A stretch of 63,027 bases of DNA, filler included, from Octopus bimaculoides (GCF_001194135.2; 4 parts of 4 records of this genome joined end to end with filler, not necessarily neighbours in it); one strand, 5' to 3'; positions 1 to 11,974 are shown, counted from the whole stretch's first letter. The notes: generated by a model from the sequence alone, not told the origin. Made by a program: numbers and translations.

Positions 1-55
<55 letters not shown>

Positions 56-56
56 T
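1..56. repeat. (TAT)n microsatellite
   Basis: Pure TAT array, directly visible. Confidence 0.98.
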
Positions 57-240
57 AAAGCTAGTTTAATTCAGTGCCATGCAGCATAAAGTTCTGTAGG
101 CTTGTCACTAGAACCTAGCTTTTCAGGCTCAGGCTTTCCTGTGATGAGCTTGTTGCATGAAGTTGAATCAAGCTGAATCAACCAAATGTGTTGAGTGCCT
201 CCTTCTTTCATTTGTTTACTCACACCTATATATAGCTGTG

Positions 241-280
<40 letters not shown>

Positions 281-281
281 C

Positions 282-323
<42 letters not shown>

Positions 324-362
324 GTATCAATGTATATATTTCATCATCATCATCATCATCAT
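241..362. repeat. (CA)n plus (CAT)n microsatellites
   Basis: Directly visible. These explain the HTHT/CVCV pseudo-ORFs here. Confidence 0.95.
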
Positions 363-714
363 GCCCACTTAGCAGATGACACTGAATTTCCATGCTTTTC
401 CCTTTCCAGACTACTGCTTTAGTTATTGTCATATTGACTGTCCCTCTTTGGATCTTGCTTTCAGAATTAGTCATTTTTCTGTTCCCAGCATAGAAAAGTT
501 TTCATTCACAAGAAACCAATTCCACAACACATGTTTATGTATTCAAGAATTACTAAAATAAGTTAAAGGAATTAATATAATAAAAAATGCCAAGCCATTT
601 CAACCAGTGTTCTCCAGTCAAATTACTGTTCTTAAATATTATGGTCACAAGGCCACACAGCTTTAAGGGGTATGAGGCACAGTAATTAAATTGGTCCCTT
701 ATATATAACAAGGT

Positions 715-1405
715 ACAAACCATATATATAAAAGATACAAAATGGGACAAGAACGCAAAACACCCAGACAGTTAGGTAATACAAGAAAGGGACAACAAAA
801 CATCCAGATAGACGATACAAGGAAAACAAGGCCAGGTCATTCGGAGTTTTCTTTCNNNNNNNNNNATACAAGTAACAGGACATAACAACAGGTGTCTTTC
901 GACTAAAGATGAATTAAATTAAGCAGGCATGTGTGGAAGTAAAGCCTTATGACAGAAATACAAGATTTCACCGGCACAGGGAAGAATATAGATGTTGCAC
1001 AGACAGCGGCCAAACCTAGAAAGAATGGTCAGGCTTGGCCGAACACTGGTCATGTGGAGAGAGAAGAGAGAGAGGTAGAGGTGAGGGACAGAAGAAATAA
1101 GGTGGGGTGAGAAAAAATGACCAGGACACAGTGAAATGAAAAGAGGAGGGAAAGTGAGCATGAAGGGAAGGCAATGAAATGTGAGAGACGGGGAATGAAA
1201 GAATGAAGAGTGGAATGAATGAAGTAAGTGTGAAAGGGCTGACAGAAAGAAGGAAAGAATAAAAGAATAGAGTCATGGAATGAACAAAGTAAGAGTGAAA
1301 AGGCTGATAGAAAGAAGGAAAGAAGGAAAGAATTAAATAATAGAGTCATACAAGATTTAGATAAACATATACTTACATATAAGAGACCAAAGTGTACGTA
1401 CACCG

Positions 1406-1412
<7 letters not shown>
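715..1412. mobile_element. Unclassified dispersed repeat unit of about 700 bp, copy 1
   Basis: 760-960 matches 10790-11130 directly. 1020-1410 matches 11190-11510 as reverse complement. Confidence 0.7.
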
Positions 1413-1441
<29 letters not shown>

Positions 1442-2159
1442 NNNNNNNNNNNNNNNNNNNNNNNNNNNNNNNNNNNNNNNNNNNNNNNNNNNNNNNNNNN
1501 NNNNNNNNNNNNNNNNNNNNNNNNNNNNNNNNNNNNNNNNNNNNNNNNNNNNNNNNNNNNNNNNNNNNNNNNNNNNNNNNNNNNNNNNNNNNNNNNNNNN
1601 NNNNNNNNNNNNNNNNNNNNNNNNNNNNNNNNNNNNNNNNNNNNNNNNNNNNNNNNNNNNNNNNNNNNNNNNNNNNNNNNNNNNNNNNNNNNNNNNNNNN
1701 NNNNNNNNNNNNNNNNNNNNNNNNNNNNNNNNNNNNATATATATATATATATATATACATATTTATATATATAGCAGTGTATGTACACTTTGGTCTCTTA
1801 TATGTAAGGTACCTACCATCTTGGCTTTCATACTCAAAAATATATCCACCAAACCTTCTTCAAATCGCATCCTACTGTCATAAAAAGAAGGATGTACTGA
1901 TTATTTGTTATATCATATCTGCAAAAATATGGCAGAACTGCCAGGGCTGGAGTCCGAATGATCATAAGTTTTTTTCGATCTGTATCAACCCAGAGAAACA
2001 AAAAGAAGTTGTATTTATCCCTTCTGGCATGACTGCATGACAAAGTTAATACCAAAATTTGAATTATCAAGAATTATCAAGCTGAATTTGAATGAGATCA
2101 GCTACTATTTTTAGCAGGTAAACCATCTATGTAGTGGCACCTTTGCTATTTTTTGCTGA

Positions 2160-2350
2160 GGTCTCTGATGGCAGAATCAGGTGAGTGTTGAGCAAAATTA
2201 TTTAGTTTATGTCCTTAATGTTCTGAGTTCAAATCCCACTGAGATCAACTCTGCTGTTCATTTTTCTGTGATAGATGAAATATGTACCAGACACATATTT
2301 GAGTTGACTTAACTGGCTAATCCTTTCCCTAAATTTGTGACCTTTACTAG
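2160..2350 (+). mobile_element. Degenerate tRNA-derived SINE, family 1
   Basis: GTTCTGAGTTCAAATCCCACTGAGATCAACT B-box region and downstream blocks align with the younger copies at 50302 and 55101. Confidence 0.6.
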
Positions 2351-5175
2351 TATTAGCAGCAGCAACAATAGTAATTGTAGTTGTAGGAGCAGCAGCTGTT
2401 GTCACAACAGTAACATTTATATAACCAATGAAGTAATCACAGAACATAAACCTACTTCATGCAACGTGCAAAGTATTTTAACACTTGCTCAAATAAACAA
2501 ATAAATAAACAGATGAATAAATATAAAAAAGCTAAAAAGAAAAAAAGCAATAAGAAATAACCAAACAGTCACAGAAATGAATTAAAATTTTGTTATTTAT
2601 TCAGAAAGTTCTGGAAAGTTCTCAAGATTTAATAGAAATTCTGTTATTCATTTTTCATTTTTTTCATTCTTGTTGCTTTCATTTATGTTGTTGTTTTCCT
2701 TCTTTAGCTTCTGTTATTGTATGCACTTTAAGTTGTCAATGATAGAAGAAATATTGCAGGAGCAGCAAAGATGTCACTGTTTTGAAATACTGTCATACAC
2801 AGTGACGTTCAGTTATGTACTATTTGTCATTAAAGCTCTCCTGTACTTGTAAAACAAGGTGTGATATAGGAAAACATACATTCTGTGAAATATATTTCTT
2901 CCTCCTTTATTTCTCATTTTTTCTGATTTTAGAAAATTGAAAAATTTACAGTAAGCAAACAGACATAAACAGACATATGTACATGGACCCCCATCTCTCT
3001 CACTCTCTCTCACATATATACACACAAAGAAAGTGATAAACAGAAAATGAAATTTAATACAAGATTAAAGGTAACAATTTATTTATTAAAATCATATACA
3101 TGCTAGCATTATCCTCTTCACCATCACCACTATCATCATTCTCATCATCATCAATATTAACACCACCACTACCATCATCGTGATTATGTACATCAACTCC
3201 TACCACTACGACCATCACTGATGCAACCACCATCATCATCTTCATCATCATCACCACCACTACCACCACCATCATTTTCCCCAGTAACCTCCATTATCAT
3301 CATCATCATCATCATTATTATCACAGTCCCCATCTCTCACAAACTTACTTCTACTATGGATATTCTTATCTCTACCCCTTTTTTCTGATGAATCTTGTTC
3401 AAATCTCAGTCAAGCATCTTTACAAAGAAAGAATAAAAACACATATCAGAGAAGTAGTTTTGAATCTTTTTGACTACATCAAACACAAGAGATCAAATAT
3501 TGGTGGGACATTTAATTACTGGTACACATCTTTGGAAAGATTTATAGTTACTGATATACAGTACATGGAAAGTTAATACATACTGGTATACATTATATGG
3601 ATATTTGAAAACAATGTTTAAAATTTACAAAAAATATATAAAAGTGTATTTTGTTTATTGTTTGGTTGGAAGAGAGAGCAGTGCCTATTACTTCCAAGAA
3701 TGGTTTATAGGGTAAGATATCCTCAAATTAGAGACCTGGTCTGATTGTTTGCAGCAGAGTGGACTCCACTAAAGGTCATTCAAGATGCCAGGTGGTGTGT
3801 CTTAACACATGGGATGGGTTAAGTCTACTGCTCAAGTAGGTCATGCTGGGATTTGAACTCAGAATGTAAAGAGCCTAAATAAATACTGCAAGGCTTGTGA
3901 TCCAACATTCTTGAAAGGCAAAATTGGTCTAGGCACTCATCCCAGTGCCACTCTGTGTGTTTGTGGAGGATCACTGAGACAAACGGTGAGGTTTATGTAG
4001 TTCAGGGCTATATTCATGAATAATGGGAATCAGGAGGCTGAGCTGAATGCTAGAATTGCAAGTATTAATCATATTGATGTATAACAAAATAATAATGTTT
4101 TATTTTATGTTTTTCAAGAATTATGTGTATGTTCTAAAGCTTTAGACTGTATTTTATCAAAACCAAGTCACACTCAGGTACCCATAGTGATAATGCTTCA
4201 GTGCAGTGGAGTGCAATGTTTAAGAACCACTACATTAGATATTGTACAGATAATTACCTGTGCTTAAATAAACATAATATTATGGTGACAGGGATGTCTT
4301 TGATCCTCTTTCTACTCAAACAGGACTGACCTGATGTTAAACAGCACTCTTACTACCCACCACACCAGCATACCAGTGATGTCCATTCACTTCCTATTAT
4401 TTTAATCTTTGGTTGAAGTTACTTACCACTTCTTTAGTTCTTTTCTTTGTTGTTATTGTTGCTGTTGTTTAGCTTCTGGTCAATCTGCATCAAGCAGACC
4501 TATGATTCAAGCTGTGGTTTCTCCTTTGTGATTTGAGGTAGATTTGGCTGCTGTTTTTAGATGCCTGAGTGACAATGAGACAAACTCTTTTTCTCAAGCA
4601 AGAGAAAGTGTATAATAACAGGTGTTTGAAGGGAATTGCCGCAAAGAAGATGACAATGGTGACACGGAGGAACTGGAGAGCTGCTTGAGAAAACAGAGGC
4701 CAACAGAGTTGAGAAGTGAATGAAAAGGGAGGAATCCGATATTCAGACCGTTTGGGATCCCAAAACCTCATGGCAAAAAATGAGCATTGTGAAATAAAGG
4801 AATCAGCCAATTGATCAACAAGAACAAACTACTATGACTGCAAGAGCAAAAGCAACAGAAAAGGAGAAACAAGAACAAGATCTAAAGCAGTAAGATAATA
4901 AATAGTAATAGGTATCTATAACTACCACTAAAATAGTAGAAGGCACAGTAACAAAAAAAACAAAACAAAAACATGACAACAGTAATTCTAACAATGGCAA
5001 CAACAACAATTTCTCTCAGCAATTTTACTGTTACTCAGAAGGACAACAGTGTCAATGGAAATTATATGAAGAAACAACAAGATAACAGGTGTAGAAAACA
5101 AAACATTCAATTAAATGGAAAAACTTTTTATTTTGTAAGAACATTTAAATATAAAGAAACAGGAAAGAAGATTAT

Positions 5176-5328
5176 ATCAACCGCAGTATGCAACTGGTAC
5201 TTAATTTATCGACCCTGAAAGAATGAAAGGCAAAGTTGACCTTGGTGGAATTTGAACTCAGAACATAAAGACAGACGAAATACTGCTAAGCATTTCGCCC
5301 GGCGTGTTAACGTTTCTGCCAGCTTGCC
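5176..5328 (-). mobile_element. tRNA-derived SINE family 1, 3'-truncated
   Basis: The minus strand reads GGCAAGCTGGCAGAAACGTTAACACGCCGGGCGAAATGCTTAG...GTTCTGAGTTCAAATTCCACC...GCCTTTCATTCTTTCAGGGTCGATAAATTAAGTACCAG, with an A/B-box-like head. Confidence 0.9.
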
Positions 5329-5744
5329 ACATTAACATTGATAGTAATAATAATAATAATAACTGTAGCAACTTTTACATGAAATCAAATTTGGCAGTCT
5401 GTCATGCAGCTGTGTGTAAGCAGACATTCCCTCAACACTAAATGAACACAGAATTTTTGAAACCTATCACAATTACAATAAAAAAATTATATGGAAGAAT
5501 TTTGTGAAACCCAACTGTCATAAAAGCTATGGCACTGTTTGCTGTACATTTGAAACTAAAAATACGGCCAAGATAATAGAGTGGAATTGTCTGATACACC
5601 TCCGACTATACAACTGTGCCACAGTATATGAGTCAAAGAAACACAAGAAGAGTAATTGCAATAAGAGACACTGGAAATTGTGTTGCCCGAATGGAATATG
5701 ATCAAACAAGCTTAATGAAAGGTGACCTGTGATGATGACAACAA

Positions 5745-5886
5745 TACATGTTTCAATTCCAGTATCCTTCAAACTCTTAGGTAACTCTCTGGGAGTTGTG
5801 CCAAGTGCACCAATTATAACAGGAACAATTGTCGCACTACTTTCTATAATCTCTTTACCTCTCAGGCTATTTCTCAATTTTCTCAT
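5745..5886 (-). pseudogene. C-terminal fragment of an RLE-type non-LTR retrotransposon ORF (R4/Dong-like)
   Basis: Translates as KEIIESSATIVPVIIGALGTTPRELPKSLKDTGIETCIV, matching the 'VIPIVIGALGTIPK' motif at the end of restriction-like-endonuclease LINE proteins. Confidence 0.75.
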
Positions 5887-6128
5887 TTATCAATATAATT
5901 ATTAAAATTAATATTATCGCTGTTGCTGATGTTATTATTACTATTATTATCATTATTATTGTTATAAGAATTGTTACTTAATTTTTATGACTATATTTCT
6001 AATCCTATTTTCCTTGTTGTTGAATTTGTTATATGAAAATTAATTGAACATTGAAATGTCTACATTTTAGTTTTTTAAATGCACTCTCAGCAAAATTATC
6101 AAAATGAAAATAAGAAAACATGATAAAG

Positions 6129-6148
6129 AACGTGTGTGTGTGTGTGTG

Positions 6149-6192
<44 letters not shown>

Positions 6193-6410
6193 TATATATA
6201 CACACACATACATATATATACACACACATACATATATATACACACACATACATATATATATACACCCCCCCACACATATATATGTATAAATATACTTATA
6301 CATTATATACATGTATGTATGTTTCTCTATGAATACATGCATACATACATACATACATACAGAAAAATAGATAGATAGATAGTTAGATAGATAGATAGAT
6401 AGATAGATTT
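6129..6410. repeat. Compound (TG)/(CA)/(TACA)/(GATA) microsatellite
   Basis: Directly visible. Confidence 0.95.
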
Positions 6411-6768
6411 GTGTGAATATATGTGTATGTATCTAAATGGTAAAATATTTGAAACTTCAAATTGGTAATTTAAAGTTATGCTATCTATACTGAATTTTCC
6501 ATGTCAAAATTTAATCAGAAAAATATGTCAGTCTTCCTGTAGTTTTACAGATTATGTTACCACACAATACATTATTCATTGTTTCAATTACATAATTGTA
6601 TCAATGGAATTGGTCTGATGTCTTGTGTTGAGACTAAGACAATGGCACAGCAGTGCTTATTGTAGTCATTATAAAGACAGAGAGAATCTTGGTTTCATTG
6701 TAATATTGTTTTGAAATAGTGAAGTATATTTCAATATGTATGTAGGTATGAATGGATGGATACATACA

Positions 6769-6802
<34 letters not shown>

Positions 6803-6969
6803 CATGCATGCATACATACATACATACAGTTGAAATTTACAGAAAAACAAAAGACGAAAACAGGTGTATGAACAACAAGCAGGTGTATTAGTTTGATGCT
6901 CGGGAAAGTGAGTAAGTCTTTTACGTTTCAAGCCTACCCTCTTCAACAGAAAGGAATAATAGAAAATAA

Positions 6970-8046
6970 AGAGGTAGGCCCAGGAAGACCTGGGCTGAGG
7001 TGGTGAGGCAAGACCTTCGAACATTGGGCCTCACCGAGGTGATGACNNNNNNNNNNNNNNNNNNNNNNNNNNNNNNNNNNNNNNNNNNNNNNNNNNNNNN
7101 NNNNNNNNNNNNNNNNNNNNNNNNNNNNNNNNNNNNNNNNNNNNNNNNNNNNNNNNNNNNNNNNNNNNNNNNNNNNNNNNNNNNNNNNNNNNNNNNNNNN
7201 NNNNNNNNNNNNNNNNNNNNNNNNNNNNNNNNNNNNNNNNNNNNNNNNNNNNNNNNNNNNNNNNNNNNNNNNNNNNNNNNNNNNNNNNNNNNNNNNNNNN
7301 NNNNNNNNNNNNNNNNNNNNNNNNNNNNNNNNNNNNNNNNNNNNNNNNNNNNNNNNNNNNNNNNNNNNNNNNNNNNNNNNNNNNNNNNNNNNNNNNNNNN
7401 NNNNNNNNNNNNNNNNNNNNNNNNNNNNNNNNNNNNNNNNNNNNNNNNNNNNNNNNNNNNNNNNNNNNNNNNNNNNNNNNNNNNNNNNNNNNNNNNNNNN
7501 NNNNNNNNNNNNNNNNNNNNNNNNNNNNNNNNNNNNNNNNNNNNNNNNNNNNNNNNNNNNNNNNNNNNNNNNNNNNNNNNNNNNNNNNNNNNNNNNNNNN
7601 NNNNNNNNNNNNNNNNNNNNNNNNNNNNNNNNNNNNNNNNNNNNNNNNNNNNNNNNNNNNNNNNNNNNNNNNNNNNNNNNNNNNNNNNNNNNNNNNNNNN
7701 NNNNNNNNNNNNNNNNNNNNNNNNNNNNNNNNNNNNNNNNNNNNNNNNNNNGGCCTTTGTAGGGTTTTCGAGCGAGATCGTTGCCAGTGCCCCTGAACTG
7801 GCTCTTGTGCGGGTGGCACATAAAAGACACCATTTCGAGCGTGGCCGTTTTCGTGCGGGTGACACGTAAAAGCACGCACTACACTCTCTGAGTGGTTGGC
7901 GTTAGGAAGGGCATCCAGCTGTAGAAACTTTGCCAAATTAGATTGGAGCCTGGTGTTGCCATCCGGTTTCACCAGTCCTCAGTCAAATCGTCCAACCCAT
8001 GCTAGCATGGAAAGCGGACGTTAAACGATAATGATGATGATGATGA
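6970..8046 (+). mobile_element. 5'-truncated RTE-clade LINE 3' end (ORF C-terminus, 3' UTR and (GAT)n tail), interrupted by an N gap
   Basis: 6970-7046 translates as RGRPRKTWAEVVRQDLRTLGLTEVMT, a typical RTE C-terminus. The element ends AACCCATGCTAGCATGGAAAGCGGACGTTAAACGAT(AAT)(GAT)n. Continuity across the 7047-7751 gap is assumed. Confidence 0.8.
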
Positions 8047-8148
8047 AACTGAGAGAGAACAAAAAAACATGGATTTAGCGATCAAGCATGGCAGCTGATT
8101 GTATATGTGTGTATGTGTTTTTGTGTGTCAGTGTATTATTGGGAGTGA

Positions 8149-8371
8149 CCCTGGACTGGCTCATGTGCGGGTGACACATGAAATCTTTCGAGCGAGAGCG
8201 TTGCCGGTGCCCCTGGGCTGGCTCATGTGCGGGTGACACATGAGGTTTTTCAAGCGAGATCGTTGCCGGTGCCCCTCGACTAGCTCATATGCGGGCGACA
8301 CATGTAATCTTTCGAGCGGGATGGTTGCCAGTGCCCCTGGACTGGCTCATGTGCGGGCGACACATGAAACC
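8149..8371 (+). repeat. 62-bp tandem repeat (at least 3.5 units), homologous to the RTE 3' UTR
   Basis: The CCCT anchor recurs at 8149, 8211, 8273 and 8335. The unit matches 7765-7830. Confidence 0.9.
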
Positions 8372-8904
8372 NNNNNNNNNNNNNNNNNNNNNNNNNNNNN
8401 NNNNNNNNNNNNNNNNNNNNNNNNNNNNNNNNNNNNNNNNNNNNNNNNNNNNNNNNNNNNNNNNNNNNNNNNNNNNNNNNNNNNNNNNNNNNNNNNNNNN
8501 NNNNNNNNNNNNNNNNNNNNNNNNNNNNNNNNNNNNNNNNNNNNNNNNNNNNNNNNNNNNNNNNNNNNNNNNNNNNNNNNNNNNNNNNNNNNNNNNNNNN
8601 NNNNNNNNNNNNNNNNNNNNNNNNNNNNNNNNNNNNNNNNNNNNNNNNNNNNNNNNNNNNNNNNNNNNNNNNNNNNNNNNNNNNNNNNNNNNNNNNNNNN
8701 NNNNNNNNNNNNNNNNNNNNNNNNNNNNNNNNNNNNNNNNNNNNNNNNNNNNNNNNNNNNNNNNNNNNNNNNNNNNNNNNNNNNNNNNNNNNNNNNNNNN
8801 NNNNNNNNNNNNNNNNNNNNNNNNNNNNNNNNNNNNNNNNNATATATGTGTGTGTGTTTATATATACATACATATGTATATATGCGTATTTATGAGTATA
8901 TATC

Positions 8905-9180
8905 CTGGTTGGTCCTCATAGAGGCAATAACTAATAATTTAGACCCTCAGCAATAAGCCGTGCTTGAGAAGACCTGTCAAGTGAATTCATAAATGTAGTC
9001 ATTGTTGGCGTCATGTAACTGGCACTCATGCCAGTGGCACATAAAAAGCACCTTTCAAGTGTTGGGCCTCAAGGAGGCAATGTGGCCAATTCTGGTTGGG
9101 TCTCATGGAGTCAATGACAAATGACATGCTTAGGAAGAACACTCATCAAGCCAAGTGAAATCATAGTTGTGGCAGATATT
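8905..9180 (+). mobile_element. Older RTE 3'-end remnants
   Basis: Translates as LVLIEAITNNLDP..AVLEKTCQ, resembling the RTE terminal 'GLTEEMT.DRDLWRYAVLEKT'. It is followed by GGCACATAAAAAGCACC, as at 7815. Confidence 0.6.
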
Positions 9181-9547
9181 GGAGTCAACTGAGCAGCAGC
9201 TGTTGTCGCAACAGTAACATTTATATAATCAATGAAATAATCACAGAACATAAACCTACTATATTGTTCTATCCACTCACTCACAACCCACTTCTATCTT
9301 GATGTCTGTCTTTCTCACTCTAAATGCCCATGTGAGCCTTTTACACTTAATCCATTACTTCAACATGAATGCATCATTCAAAATAGTGCCCAGGTTTACT
9401 TGGGATTATACCTAAGGGCCTATACCTTAATGGAAGTACGGACCAACCTCAATACCCTCTAAAAAGAAATTAACTGTGAACTTTATTCTCCTGTTTTATT
9501 CTTTATAAACTGCAAATTTCCCTGTCTGAAACTTTCATATATACCTT

Positions 9548-9623
9548 GTCTCTGATGATGGAATACCCACTGTATGGACATGCTAGGCTATCACTTGGGA
9601 TATCTCAGAAACAACTGTATGTC
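9548..9623 (+). ncRNA. Degenerate Type I hammerhead-like motif with a long stem II
   Basis: CTGATGA 9552-9558; partial stem II TGGAATACCCA/TGGGATATCTCA; GAAAC 9608-9612; near-palindromic ACAACTGT; GTA triplet 9617-9619. Stem I pairs only 2 of 4. Confidence 0.45.
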
Positions 9624-9874
9624 TTCAAATTCACCTTACTCTAAATTATTATAAATGACTTGAGATACTCATCCTGCCTTGATTTTTGTTGTCCTTTTCC
9701 TCTAATATATACCTGCTAACATGGAAGCCTGATAGAGATCCCTAGCTCAAACCTCAGCTGTAAACTTGGAACCTAACGGATGACCAATTATAGCACTTAA
9801 TCAGCATACTTATTCATTTAGATCACCAGTGTATTAAATCCCTGGGTGGAGGTGATTATCTCCCCTGCTTGAAA

Positions 9875-10045
9875 ACTTAAGGACACAGGACGCTTGTGTC
9901 ATGTAGCCAACTAGAAACGGTGTTTCTTGGGGCTAAATAGCAGTAGCATTCTTCCCTTTCCTGGGACTGCAACATTAAGTTGGCAACAAACTATCACTTT
10001 ATCATGCTGCTACTGCATAACTCTCTCTGAGAGATTTAGAAATGC
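9875..10045 (+). mobile_element. Fragment of the family C repeat tail
   Basis: TAGCCAACTAGAAACGGTGTTTCTTGGGGCTAAATAGCAGTAGCA...GAGAGATTTAGAAATG matches 24010-24107 and 23760-23800. Confidence 0.75.
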
Positions 10046-10367
10046 AATATTTCTAATTTTATATATATATATATATATATCTGTTTGTCTCTCTGTCTGT
10101 CTCATGTGTGTATTCCCTCCCTGCCTGAGGTTACAGGGTTCTTTTCTGTAGGCTTTTCTTTCCACGGATAAACCTAATTTTGCTTCTTACATTTTAAAAA
10201 TTTCTTCAGTGATAAATGATCCCTTTTGATTGCTGGTTTTTTTTTCCCGACCCTTTTGATCTGAATTTTACTTTTTTTTCCCTTTCTCTTTTTCATTTTT
10301 GAAAAGAAAAGCTCTACATTTGTATTTGTTCCCTCTGTGTTCAGCCCTGTGTGGCCAATAAAGAAAG

Positions 10368-10410
<43 letters not shown>

Positions 10411-10618
10411 CCTACCTACCTACCAACCTACNNNNNNNNNNNNNNNNNNNNNNNNNNNNNNNNNNNNNNNNNNNNNNNNNNNNNNNNNNNNNNNNNNNNN
10501 NNNNNNNNNNNNNNNNNNNNNNNNNNNNNNNNNNNNNNNNNNNNNNNNNNNNNNNNNNNNNNNNNNNNNNNNNNNNNNNNNNNNNNNNNNNNNNNNNNNN
10601 NNNNNNNNNNNNNNNNNN

Positions 10619-10781
10619 CTCGTGTGTTTACGTCCTCGTAACTTAGCGGTTTGGCAAAAAAGACAGATAGGATAAGTACTAGGCTTACAAAGAATAAGTC
10701 ATGGGGTCGATTTGTTCGACTAAAGGCGGTGCTCCAGCATGGCCACAGTCAAATGACTGAAACAAGTAAAAGAGTAAAAGA
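10619..10781 (+). mobile_element. SINE family 2, 3' half
   Basis: GTGTTTACGTCCTCGTAACTTAGCGGTTTGGC...GGTGCTCCAGCATGGCCACAGTCAAATGACTGAAACAAGTAAAAGAGTAAAAG, with multiple copies in the window. Confidence 0.9.
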
Positions 10782-11514
10782 ATTAGGTGAAACGAAAAAG
10801 GGACAACAAAATATCCACAGACAATACAAGGACAGATCATTCGGAGTTTTCTATCCTCAGTCGAGTTCCAGATTATCTTTGCAATTTCTGCTGGTTATAC
10901 TCGAGATTGCGCCAATCTGGCCAGCCCCAAGGAAAAAAATAAGCTAAGAACATTAGATTCCTTGGAAGAAAGCAGTGAATGTATACGAAAACAAGGACGA
11001 AAAAAAAAGAGCAGAGAAATGTTACACAAATACAAATGCAATTAACAGGAAATAACAACAGGTGTATTTCGACTAAGGATGAATTAAATTAAGCTGGCAT
11101 GTGTGGAAGTAAAGCCTTACAGCAGGGACATAAGATTTAACTGTCTGGATGTTTTGTGTTCTTGTCCCATTTCTGTAATTTTTTATATATAAAATATAGC
11201 GGTGTGCGTATACTTTGGTCTCTTATATGTAAGTATATATATATCTAAATTTTGTACGACTCTATTATTCTTTGTATTCTTTCCTTCTTTCTATCAGCCC
11301 TTTCATACTTCGTTCATTCCACCCTTCGTTCTTTCGTTCCCTCTCTCACATTTCCTGGCTTTCTCTTCATGCTCACTTTCCCTCTTTCACTTCACTGTAT
11401 CTGTTTCATTTTTTCTCACCCCTACTTAATTCTGCTATCCCACTTCCTCTACCTCTCTCTCTTCTCTCCTCATGTGACCGGTGTTTGGCCAGACCTGACC
11501 TTTCTTTCTTGGTT
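10782..11514. mobile_element. Copy 2 of the 700-bp repeat unit, with an internal inversion near 11140
   Basis: 10790-11130 is a direct match to 760-960. 11140-11510 is the reverse complement of 740-775 joined to 1020-1410. Confidence 0.7.
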
Positions 11515-11558
11515 NNNNNNNNNNNNNNNNNNNNNNNNNNNNNNNNNNNNNNNNNNNN

Positions 11559-11570
11559 TTAATTAATTAA
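11559..11570. other. Assembly linker TTAATTAATTAA inside an N gap
   Basis: The identical 12-mer is embedded in N runs at three places and has stop codons in all frames. Confidence 0.9.
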
Positions 11571-11614
11571 NNNNNNNNNNNNNNNNNNNNNNNNNNNNNN
11601 NNNNNNNNNNNNNN

Positions 11615-11974
11615 GATACATCAATTAGAAAGCATTTTTTTTTTCATGATCTTTGACAACTATATCTGGTCTATTTGCCTTAATTTCTCTATCTGTGTGT
11701 ATTGGCATATCCCAGAGTATGGTTGCTTTCTCGTTTTCTGTGACCTTTTCTGGCGTGTGTTTATACCATCTTTTTTCTGTTGTTATTCCATAGTGTTGGC
11801 ATAGCTTCCAGTGTATATAGGTCCAAGTTCTGTCGTGTCTGTGAATATATTCCTTCTTAGCCAGGACTGGGCAGCCAGAGATAATATGATTTATTGTTTC
11901 TTGTCCATCTCCACATATTCTACAGTTACTTGTTATGTTTCTTTTCCTTATATGTTTTTGGTAATTTCTGGTAT
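11615..11974 (-). pseudogene. RLE-type non-LTR retrotransposon fragment: CCHC zinc finger and the start of the restriction-like endonuclease
   Basis: Translates as TRNYQKHI..CRICGDGQETINHIISGCPVLAKKEYIHRHD..IHWKLCQHYG..WYKHTPEKV.ENEKATILWDMPIHTDREIKANRPDIVVKDHE. A slip in an A-run precedes CFLIDV. Confidence 0.9.

Noticed and set aside
71-561. Short open frames near the window start (for example GVSKQMKEGG...LYAAWH* and TTALVIVILTVPLW...)
   Set aside because: Plausible-looking but on conflicting strands, with no recognisable homology or consistent splice phase.
880-960. Minus-strand AAGGC...GTCGAAA (also at 11055-11125) as a hammerhead
   Set aside because: No consistent CUGAnGA in either copy and no helix III.
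1373-1808. A 40-bp inverted repeat across the 1442-1736 gap
   Set aside because: It flanks a (TA)n gap and may be an assembly artefact. It cannot be evaluated from this sequence.
1812-1870. Possible minus-strand mini-exon MRFEEGLVDIFLSMKAKM with a GTAGGT donor
   Set aside because: Too short, the donor sits at a repeat boundary, and no phase-compatible downstream exon was found.
5504-5701. Cys-rich 65-aa ORF as a secreted peptide or toxin
   Set aside because: GTG start, no signal peptide, no recognisable cysteine framework and no clear splice sites.
8149-8371. CRISPR-like array
   Set aside because: Whole 62-bp units are homologous with no spacers, and they derive from the RTE 3' UTR.
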